This document shows, one piece after another, positions 15,155 to 22,772 of a stretch of 24,000 bases of DNA. Below the pieces are notes generated by a model. It was given only the letters and a program-made list of their open reading frames with translations. It ran no database searches and was not told where the DNA came from. This DNA is from Candidatus Geocrenenecus huangii. GTDB taxonomy: Archaea > Thermoproteota > Nitrososphaeria_A > Caldarchaeales > Wolframiiraptoraceae. The first letter of the stretch is position 1. Each line of letters opens with the position of its first letter. Location: assembly GCA_023254095.1 (NCBI GenBank), contig JALNLM010000002.1, positions 1 to 24,000 of the forward strand, read 5' to 3'. The translations under genes were made by a program, and so were the position numbers.

Positions 15155-15535
15155 ATGAAGAAGATTCCTGCTAGACAGCTGAGGAGAATGCAGTCACGTA
15201 TGCTTGAAAGTCTTGGATTAAATTTGAAAGAGTTAGGAGTAGCTGAAGAGGTAATTATCCGATTACAAGGTAGAGAACTTAGGATAAAGAGCCCATCAGT
15301 GATGTTTATGAAGCTTGAGAATGAAGGGATCTACCAGATTATCGGAGGCGAGGTCGAAGAATCGGTCTCCTCTATCGAAGAGAAGGTTGAGCAAGCTTAT
15401 ACGCCCTCAGATGAAGATGTAATGATTGTAGCTATGCAGGCAGGGGTTTCAGAAGAGGAAGCAAAGAATGCGTTGGTAGAGACAGCTGGAGATCTTGCAA
15501 AAGCTATACTTCTACTGAAATCGAGGAAATCCTAA
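15155..15535 (+). CDS. nac: Nascent polypeptide-associated complex protein (archaeal NAC alpha, NAC + UBA domains)
   Basis: 126 aa. The NAC beta-barrel segment (EEVIIRLQGRELRIKSPSVMFMKLENEGIYQIIG) is followed by a C-terminal UBA-like segment (DEDVMIVAMQAGVSEEEAKNALVETAGDLAKAILLL). A GGTGAGG SD-like motif lies upstream. Confidence 0.85.
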   Translation: MKKIPARQLRRMQSRMLESLGLNLKELGVAEEVIIRLQGRELRIKSPSVMFMKLENEGIYQIIGGEVEESVSSIEEKVEQAYTPSDEDVMIVAMQAGVSEEEAKNALVETAGDLAKAILLLKSRKS

Positions 15536-17343
15536 CCTCGCTGGTCTTCATCAAACCTTATCACGAAAGGGATACCCGTCTTCTCCAAGTGTTGGAATAA
15601 GACTATAGCCTCCTCGATTACTTTCCTTCTCCTATATCCTTTAACAATCGATAGATGCCCACCATCGAAATATGAAGCAATCCTAGATTCGAGTAATGCC
15701 CTTTCCTCAATGTTCCTGAATTTTATCATTGGCGGAACCATCAAGTAACTATAATCGCTATTATTCTTGATTTCGTCCAACTCTAATTTATGATATACCG
15801 ACCTAAGCATTCTTCTAGCTGAGGAACTCGGGACCCTAGAAGACATATACAATCTACCCTTCCCGCCTGTATACTTTTTGAGAGAATCAATGAAACATTG
15901 TATGATGTCGGTGAAGAGGGAGAAAGATTCTTTCGAGATTTGTGGACTAACACCATACACGATCTTTACCGCTTCAAATAATCCCCAGATAGAACAGGAG
16001 TAATAGATTTCAGAGATGTATCTCTTACCGTACATTTGTTGGAAAACGCTAGTTCTCTTATTTAGAGCTGAGAGACCGCAGCTAGTTAATTCTTTTATTC
16101 TCTTCAATATGTAGTCTATGTCTCTATTGGATTCCAGGACAATCGATATCAAGTTTACGGAAAAGAATCCGTGGATATCTGAGGAGGCTTTTTCTAGAGG
16201 TAATCGGAGACCGCAGTACAATGAATCATTAGAGTTTGTAACTACGTAAGGGAATCTAAGACTCCTAGCGAGCTCATCGAGTTTAAACAGTTCAGAATAC
16301 GTGGGTTCCTGAACTACGACCACGATTCTTATCTTTCCACTCGGTTCTTCAATCATTTTTCCTAATTCAGAAATTCTAGCATAATTTTTAACAAATTCAT
16401 CGGCTGTTAAAGTTATAGAAAAATATCTCTTCCTCAAGAAGCTTTTAGAAAGTAGGTATCTTAGAAATCTGAAGGTGGCCTCCACTTGTCTCGCCTCCAT
16501 TATTCTCAAGTTTATCTCATGTTTGATATTCATCATTGACGAAGCAACATCTGTAACGACTTCAAGTAGTTCTTCTTCATCGCTTGGTACTTGATAACTT
16601 CTAGCGATCACCCCTGTAAGCCAATTATCCAGAGGATACAGGTCTAGCCTACCCATAAGGTATGTTTCCGCGATATTCCTATTTAGAAAATCTTGTAGAC
16701 AGTATTCTCTCATTATTGATCTCGACGACACTTCAATGAATTCTCTAGGATCTCCCGTACTTGAGATTCTAGATAGATGCTTCGATACATCGTAGATTGG
16801 CATACCTATTCTCGAAAGCTTATGCCTGTATTTTTCAAGTCCCATATCGAGGAGCACCGTGTTGACGAGCTCTCTAATAAGAGGGGCCGTCAGGTATTCT
16901 ATTCTGAGATTGTATAGCTTTTCTTCAACTGTTGAGGCGATCTCTGATGCAAGCCTAGGAGTCACGTTTGCTTCTTTTACGAGCGAGTTTATGATCTTAG
17001 CTTTATCGAATGGCTCAACAATGTTTTCACTTCTCCTGACTATGAGTATCTTCTTGAATCCTAGAGTCTTCTCAAGCTTATCCAAGTATTCGAGTACCGT
17101 TAAACCTATTCTCGATATTTTGTATTTGCCTGTTTCCTTGTTTACTTCTATTAACCTTGAATCTAGAAGTTTTTTCAAATGATATGAGAATTTTCCAGCA
17201 TCCTTATTCTTCTCCATCCCCAATGAATCCATTATCTCCGAGTACCCTGACTCTTTCTTTGAGAGAAGCTTCAGCATCTTTAACCTAGTCGTGGACGAGA
17301 TAGCCCCTAAGATAACATCAATACCTACGCTCGCCTCATTCAA
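15532..17343 (-). CDS. wHTH (ArsR-like) + ATP-cone + degenerate anaerobic-RNR-like domain fusion protein
   Basis: 603 aa with a TTG start. Res ~15-95 are ArsR-like wHTH (TRLKMLKLLSKKESGYSEIMDSLG...KFSYHLKKLLDSRLIE). Res ~97-185 form an ATP-cone (ILIVRRSENIVEPFDKAKIINSLVKEA...LIRELVNTVLLDMG). The remaining ~420 aa have NrdD-like stretches (AETYLMGRLDLYPLD, GFFSVNLISIV) but no C-terminal glycyl-radical or Zn motif. Confidence 0.75.
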   Translation of the reverse strand: MNEASVGIDVILGAISSTTRLKMLKLLSKKESGYSEIMDSLGMEKNKDAGKFSYHLKKLLDSRLIEVNKETGKYKISRIGLTVLEYLDKLEKTLGFKKILIVRRSENIVEPFDKAKIINSLVKEANVTPRLASEIASTVEEKLYNLRIEYLTAPLIRELVNTVLLDMGLEKYRHKLSRIGMPIYDVSKHLSRISSTGDPREFIEVSSRSIMREYCLQDFLNRNIAETYLMGRLDLYPLDNWLTGVIARSYQVPSDEEELLEVVTDVASSMMNIKHEINLRIMEARQVEATFRFLRYLLSKSFLRKRYFSITLTADEFVKNYARISELGKMIEEPSGKIRIVVVVQEPTYSELFKLDELARSLRFPYVVTNSNDSLYCGLRLPLEKASSDIHGFFSVNLISIVLESNRDIDYILKRIKELTSCGLSALNKRTSVFQQMYGKRYISEIYYSCSIWGLFEAVKIVYGVSPQISKESFSLFTDIIQCFIDSLKKYTGGKGRLYMSSRVPSSSARRMLRSVYHKLELDEIKNNSDYSYLMVPPMIKFRNIEERALLESRIASYFDGGHLSIVKGYRRRKVIEEAIVLFQHLEKTGIPFVIRFDEDQRG

Positions 17344-17538
17344 AACAGATCAAAGAAAATCTATGTAGTTGCTCTAAAAATATTGAGCACATAGTCTGAG
17401 CGAATATTATCGAGATAATGCTTAGGTATACTTCCCAAGAATAGATTACTTACATCAAGTATCAAGGGATTTATCAATGTTGTCTCTAGCCCAATAGAGA
17501 ACTTTATAAAGTATTCCAAATCATCATATTGGAGATTG

Positions 17539-18423
17539 ATGCCTGAAACCAAGTTATATAGTAGAGTAAGAGAGATTATTAATGATAAAATCCATGGTTC
17601 AACCACTATTGCTGTCAATCTATTAACTTTCTTATCTGATGAATTAATGTATGTGGACTTGAATAAGGCTATAAGAATTATAGACGAGGTACAGAGAATA
17701 GTGGAGGAAAGATCTTCAATGGTCCTGCCATCCAACCTAATCTATGTCTTGAAGAAGACCATTGAATTATCTTCTTCCATAGAAGAGAAAACCGATATAG
17801 TGAAGATTTCTAAACTGCTTCTCTCATCTTATGTAGAAGACACTACGAAAGCAGTGGAAAACTCAGTAGAAGTTCTTAAAGATTGTAAGAGAATCTTTAC
17901 TTTAAGTTATAGTTCACAGATAACGAGAATACTTGAGAGGACTCCGGCGGTTGAAGTATGTATAACCACTGGCTGGCCTTTGCTAGATGGTTATAGAGCT
18001 TTCAGAGAATTCAGGTCAAAAGGGTTGGGAGCGAAAATCTACCCAGATTCTTCAATATATGAAGCCATATCATCATCGGAGGCCGTTATCCTCGGATGCG
18101 ACGCAGTTCTTATGGATGGCTCATCTGTTAACAGGTCTGGCTCCAAGGCAGTTGCATTGATCTGCCATGATTTATCGATTCCTCTTTACATTGTCTGCGA
18201 TTCTATGAAGCTTGATTTCCGATCTTTTTGGAATCCTGAAACATGGCTGTACACATTTGAAGAGGAAGAAATGCGGTTCCAAGTATTCGAGAAGATAGAA
18301 TCAGGCTACGTCTCCAGCTATATCTCTAACCTAGGCTTCCATACTCCAAGAGTCTTCCTAGATGAAGCTTTAAGAAAAATAGAGAATTACCCGTATGAGC
18401 TTCTACATCGGCAGACACATTGA
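17539..18423 (+). CDS. eIF-2B alpha/beta/delta family protein (aIF-2B-like), divergent
   Basis: The C-terminal Rossmann-like part is FTLSYSSQITRIL, VEVCITTGWPLLDG, GCDAVLMDGSSVNRSGSKAVALICHDLSIPLYIVCDSMK. I prefer the ATG at 17539, one codon after the TTG at 17536. Confidence 0.75.
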   Translation: MPETKLYSRVREIINDKIHGSTTIAVNLLTFLSDELMYVDLNKAIRIIDEVQRIVEERSSMVLPSNLIYVLKKTIELSSSIEEKTDIVKISKLLLSSYVEDTTKAVENSVEVLKDCKRIFTLSYSSQITRILERTPAVEVCITTGWPLLDGYRAFREFRSKGLGAKIYPDSSIYEAISSSEAVILGCDAVLMDGSSVNRSGSKAVALICHDLSIPLYIVCDSMKLDFRSFWNPETWLYTFEEEEMRFQVFEKIESGYVSSYISNLGFHTPRVFLDEALRKIENYPYELLHRQTH

Positions 18424-18505
18424 TGTTATCATAGACTGTTATCCTGTTATATGTCATGTATGTTAGCGTCGGCTTTACCTAAGCACTTCACGAGTATTCC
18501 ATTCT

Positions 18506-19372
18506 TCATGGTTTAGCTCTCCTCTGCCTCTCGGGAACATAGGGTAGAGGTACAAACTCAACGCTTGGACGCATCGCGGTCGGTTGTGGATAAAGCTCCA
18601 TTAGCTTATAGACTTCTTCAGGTATTTCTGTTTTTACATCTATACCGAGCTTCTTGATTTCATCAACTGTCATCGGGTAGTCGTGAGTCCATCTACCTTC
18701 AACCATCGTCCTAGCTAGTTCTCTAGCTTTTTCTTCTCCGAACTTCTCTACAGTCAAGTTGTACACGAGTTGCTCCATCTGGCGTATTGCCTTCTCTGAT
18801 ATGTCTGCTAGAATCAAGTATTCTTCTCTTACCTTCTCTCTTCCCTTCTCATTTACTATTTTAAGTATAGAGGCTGCCGGCAGTATTCCTAGCCTTTGGT
18901 CTGCTATCTGTGGGTCTACAGGTCCGAGAACTGCATTCTGGTCCATCCATATCTCGTCTGCTGCGAGAGCTATTAACGTCCCGCCACTCATAGCGTAGTG
19001 CGGTATTATTGCGATCGTTTTTGCTTTATGTTCCTTAAGTGCTAAAGCTATCTGAGTCGCTGCTAGGACGAGACCACCCGGCGTATGGATTATGAGAGCT
19101 ACAGGCATGTCGGGAGGAGTCATTCTTATAGCTCTTAAAACTTGTTCTGAGTCCTCAATATCTATGTACTTGTAGAATGGGATACCAAATAACCCTATCC
19201 TCTCTTGTCTATGTATTAAAGTGATAATTCTGCACCCAATCTTCTTTTCACATCTCCTCATAAGTTCCATCCTAGCATTTTGTAGAGCCTTAATCCGATA
19301 CTGGGGCCATAGGAAGATAAAAAGGATTAAGAATAACCAAAAAAGGAATCCGAGATCGAGTTCGCCATTCAT
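18506..19372 (-). CDS. Membrane-anchored ClpP-fold serine protease (SDH/SppA-like family)
   Basis: An N-terminal TM span (LGFLFWLFLILFIFLW) is followed by IIHTPGGLVLAATQIALALK and HYAMSGGTLIALAADEIWM. I prefer the start at M20 (19372). The ORF track start is 19429. Confidence 0.8.
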   Translation of the reverse strand: MNGELDLGFLFWLFLILFIFLWPQYRIKALQNARMELMRRCEKKIGCRIITLIHRQERIGLFGIPFYKYIDIEDSEQVLRAIRMTPPDMPVALIIHTPGGLVLAATQIALALKEHKAKTIAIIPHYAMSGGTLIALAADEIWMDQNAVLGPVDPQIADQRLGILPAASILKIVNEKGREKVREEYLILADISEKAIRQMEQLVYNLTVEKFGEEKARELARTMVEGRWTHDYPMTVDEIKKLGIDVKTEIPEEVYKLMELYPQPTAMRPSVEFVPLPYVPERQRRAKP

Positions 19373-19467
19373 ATTCTTACAGACTTCGAAGAATGATTTA
19401 AGGTTAAAATGATACACTAGCCTTAACAAGGATTCTTATGTTTTCTTCTAAATTATCTGTTTTCAAC

Positions 19468-20070
19468 TTATTCTATGAGGCTATCCCAGAAATCTAATTC
19501 ATATTGCTGGATTGCTTTGGAGATAAACCTATATCTCTCCCAGTCAAGATATCTCTCAGCAATCTTTTCAGCTTTCTCTTCTAACAGATCAAATGGTCCA
19601 GAGAACAAAGTAAAGATTTTCGTAGACTTTATACCTAGGCTTAGAGCGTGTTCTCCGAGCTTTTTAACGTTCTCTCCCCAAACGGGTAAGTTCACTGTCA
19701 ACGCTACCGCAACGTCTCCGGCGGAGCCATTCAACCCAAGCCATGAAAGAAAATGGGTATAGGAGACAGCTTTTATAGAAAGCTTACCATAGTCTAGCCT
19801 AATTCTCAATTCATCTGCTAGATTCTGTAATGCTTTCAATGCTTCGTAATCTCCATCTACAAGCATCTTGAAGAACTCTATTTCATCTGGTAGTATAGAT
19901 CTAGACAATGTGTAGGATAAGGCTTTCAAGTCATGTGGTATAATGTAGAGCTGGTTTTCTACAAACTTGTTTAATACCATTCTACTAGGCTTCTGTAATG
20001 ACTGATGGTTTATTATCTTCTGATTCAAGTCTCTTAATTCTTCCCTAAGTCTCCCGATTATATTGTCCAT
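19468..20070 (-). CDS. TenA-like / haem-oxygenase-like helical protein lacking the TenA catalytic Cys
   Basis: 200 aa, all-helical, ending in the TenA-type QQYELDFWDSL. The position equivalent to LLPCFW reads NLPVWG. It has an ATG start and overlaps the tenA stop by 13 nt. Confidence 0.65.
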   Translation of the reverse strand: MDNIIGRLREELRDLNQKIINHQSLQKPSRMVLNKFVENQLYIIPHDLKALSYTLSRSILPDEIEFFKMLVDGDYEALKALQNLADELRIRLDYGKLSIKAVSYTHFLSWLGLNGSAGDVAVALTVNLPVWGENVKKLGEHALSLGIKSTKIFTLFSGPFDLLEEKAEKIAERYLDWERYRFISKAIQQYELDFWDSLIE

Positions 20071-20774
20071 TCTTCCTCACCATATGCTGCGCTCCAAAAC
20101 ATGTATTCATATTTAGAGGCTAGCTGGAAGTATGGCCACATCTCATCTACTGACAACCTGGATGAATCAACTTCCTCCTTAAACATGTTGACTATCTCCC
20201 GATACTCTTTAGATAGATAAGTCGAGGCCCATTTTCTGTAGAGCGTCGAGGGGTTCGACTCAAGTTTATCTTTATGTCTCTCAGCGATTTCGAGATATGT
20301 CCAGAAACATGGTAGTAGGGCGGCCATAGTGGTGTAGTAATCCGTGGCAAAACTTGTAGAAAGGAGGAAATTCATGTATGCGATATTTGATGGATTAGGA
20401 ATAGTTGATACAGCATCTTCAGTAGTGAGATTGATCTCTGATAAAAGTTTCTCATAATTCTCCATTTCGCCTGTTACGGTCATGTATGCGAGTTGGAGAG
20501 CTCTTCTGCTATGCCTAACACTCGGTGCTTTCGCAGCAACTATACTCAGTACTCTCACCATAGTAACCAGATAGTTATAGTCCTGAAGGATATAGTACTT
20601 GAACTTAGAGAATGGCAGCTTGCCTGTGTAGAGCTCTACTACGAAGGGGTGGTCCAGTATTTTATCCCATAGGTTTGAAGCCTTCTTTCTGAGGATAGAT
20701 GAATTAGTCATCACCATCAAAACGTAAATATCGTAAAAGAAGTATTTTAGAGATTCGCTAAAAGAAGTTTTCAC
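20058..20774 (-). CDS. tenA: Thiaminase II / aminopyrimidine aminohydrolase TenA (Cys-type)
   Basis: Motifs are LWDKILDHPFVVELYTGKLPFSKFKYYILQDYNYL, ALLPCFWTYLEIA and YEYMFW. The GTG start at 20774 overlaps the thrS stop (GTGA). An internal ATG (MVMTN...) is possible. Confidence 0.8.
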   Translation of the reverse strand: MKTSFSESLKYFFYDIYVLMVMTNSSILRKKASNLWDKILDHPFVVELYTGKLPFSKFKYYILQDYNYLVTMVRVLSIVAAKAPSVRHSRRALQLAYMTVTGEMENYEKLLSEINLTTEDAVSTIPNPSNIAYMNFLLSTSFATDYYTTMAALLPCFWTYLEIAERHKDKLESNPSTLYRKWASTYLSKEYREIVNMFKEEVDSSRLSVDEMWPYFQLASKYEYMFWSAAYGEEEWTI

Positions 20775-22630
20775 TTGAAGCTAGGTCTCCTTGACAATAG
20801 CTTTGGGAGGCTAAGAGGTTTGAAAGGTTTTCCTTCATTATGCTTCTTTACTTCTTCGATTAACTTTTCTAACTTCATGTACTCTATCCTCCCTGATTCT
20901 CTAATCCTTACGGCTAGTTCTCCTCTTTCCTTTTCTCTATCTCCATAGACTACCACATACGGTATCCATTCAGTCTCAGCATCTTTGATCTTCTTATCAA
21001 CTGTTTCCTCCCTATCATCTAGGTCGACTCTAATCTTTTCTCCTTCGATCCTGCTCATGAGATTTAAGCAATCTTCTAAATGCCTTTCAGCAACAGGTAT
21101 TAATCTAACCTGCGTTGGGGAAAGCCATACTGGAAGCATCGGTTTACCTCCTTTTTCCATAGTCATATATGCTTTCTCGAGTAATGCATAGATTACTCTT
21201 TCTATTGCACCGCTTGGAGAACAATGAAGGATGATAGGATGTTTCCTGGCTCCGTCTTCATCTACATAGGTTATACCATATTGTTTAGCATTCTCGATAT
21301 CTATCTGGTCCGTGGATAGGGCTGCGGCCTTCTTCTGGCTGTCGATGAAGTTGAACTCCCACTTCAATATGAAGTAGAAGAATCTTTCCTCCCACATCTC
21401 GGCGAGGACAGGCTTCCCAAAAGTTCTCACCATGTCATAGATGAAATCCTTGTTTTCTTCATAAAATTCTTTTGTAAATCTTATAGCCATCTCTACATCG
21501 TCTCGGGTTAAACCGATTCCCTCAAGTACTTCGAGACTTAGCTTAAGCCTCTTCTTCATTTCTCTCTTAGCTTGTTCTACATCTTTTACAAATGCATGGA
21601 CGTCAGGCATCGTGAATGCTCTAAGTCTTCTAAGCCCTGCTAACTCTCCACTTTTCTCCCTCCTAAAGCTATATCTGGTTAGCTCATAGAGCCAGAAAGG
21701 TAGATGACGATATGATAAAACCATGTCGCTCGCCATCAAGAATTGGCCGAAACATGCTGCGAACCTTAAGAAATATTCTTTATCCTCTGTTTTGATAACG
21801 TATTGCCTTGCAGGAAATCTATGTAGATATTTTTCGAGGCTTGGATGATGCATATCATACATTATCGGGGTCTCAACCTCCACGCCGCCATAATCGATAA
21901 CCTTGGATGTAACGTATTGTTCAAGCAGAGATTTTATCAATCTACCTTTAGCGGGCCACCGCATATTCCCTGGATCACTTCCATTCTCATAATCTGCTAT
22001 CTCAAGCTTCTTCATTAACTGGACGTGTGGAGGCTGCTCCAAAACGGCCCTAGATTTAGCGATCTCATATCGTGTTAAGAATTCAAGGTTGCTGCGACCT
22101 GTAAAGTCGAACTGCTCCACCGGGATCATCCGACCCTCTGGAGTAAGGATAAACCAGTAGGACCTCAATTTTTCCTCCATCAGTAATGCTTTCGATACGG
22201 GTTCTTCTTTTGACCCCTCTCGGGCTCCATAACTCTTCAACTGCTCAGCTAGTGGATGACCTTTAACTGCAATAACCAAACGTTTATTCCAGCCGAATGG
22301 AGCATAATGTACTTCTATGTTGTTTGACGATGCTTCAGTCCTAATCTTATTTAGTATGCCTAATGCTTTATGTGGTGGAGCGAGCTCAGTGCTTAGATGA
22401 GCATACGGGTATATGACTAGCCTTCTTATCTTCATCCTATTCATGAATTCAAGAGAGTCCCTAACAACCTCGCTTGCCAAATCCACGACGTCATCTTTCT
22501 CCACGCATACAAGAAGTAGGAGAGCATCATCTACTCTATATGCCTTTTTTTCCACCTCTTCATAGACTGAGCTCTCCACCTGGATTGGCTCATACTCGAC
22601 AAGATCAACATGTAGTTGAAGTACTTTCAA
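20771..22630 (-). CDS. thrS: Threonyl-tRNA synthetase, full-length archaeal type (N-terminal editing domain + class II core + anticodon-binding domain)
   Basis: 619 aa. The class II motif 2 is YSFRREKSGELAGLRRLRAFTMPDVH. The N-terminal ~140 aa form an archaeal-type editing domain, and the C-terminal anticodon-binding domain is LSPTQVRLIPV. The start codon is TTG. Confidence 0.92.
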   Translation of the reverse strand: MKVLQLHVDLVEYEPIQVESSVYEEVEKKAYRVDDALLLLVCVEKDDVVDLASEVVRDSLEFMNRMKIRRLVIYPYAHLSTELAPPHKALGILNKIRTEASSNNIEVHYAPFGWNKRLVIAVKGHPLAEQLKSYGAREGSKEEPVSKALLMEEKLRSYWFILTPEGRMIPVEQFDFTGRSNLEFLTRYEIAKSRAVLEQPPHVQLMKKLEIADYENGSDPGNMRWPAKGRLIKSLLEQYVTSKVIDYGGVEVETPIMYDMHHPSLEKYLHRFPARQYVIKTEDKEYFLRFAACFGQFLMASDMVLSYRHLPFWLYELTRYSFRREKSGELAGLRRLRAFTMPDVHAFVKDVEQAKREMKKRLKLSLEVLEGIGLTRDDVEMAIRFTKEFYEENKDFIYDMVRTFGKPVLAEMWEERFFYFILKWEFNFIDSQKKAAALSTDQIDIENAKQYGITYVDEDGARKHPIILHCSPSGAIERVIYALLEKAYMTMEKGGKPMLPVWLSPTQVRLIPVAERHLEDCLNLMSRIEGEKIRVDLDDREETVDKKIKDAETEWIPYVVVYGDREKERGELAVRIRESGRIEYMKLEKLIEEVKKHNEGKPFKPLSLPKLLSRRPSFK

Positions 22631-22772
22631 GACTTTACACCTGCGTTAAGATTTTTCAGAGACTACTTTAACCTTTCTCAAAATCTCCAATCTACAGATT
22701 CTCTAAAAACCTTTTCTACGGATGCTTCTCCCTTAATAAATAATAATAAGCAAATGAAAGCATATTCAAAAG

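Noticed and set aside
17361-17735. 124-aa minus-strand ORF in the divergent region between the ATP-cone gene and the eIF-2B-like gene
   Set aside because: It overlaps the N-terminus of the eIF-2B-like gene by about 200 nt. It has no recognisable motifs, and the remaining part is better explained as a divergent promoter region.
1545-22671. Shadow ORFs antisense to or nested in confident genes: 1545-2249, 2639-2932, 3185-3379, 5861-6259, 6424-6759, 6883-7152, 8524-8718, 10215-10538, 11689-11922, 12097-12339, 13819-14073, 14101-14454, 16859-17182, 18759-18998, 19221-19412, 19475-19762, 20985-21191, 22474-22671
   Set aside because: Each lies wholly inside a longer ORF with clear family motifs. 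Their translations are low-complexity and Ser/Leu/Thr-rich, typical of the antisense frame of AT-rich coding DNA.
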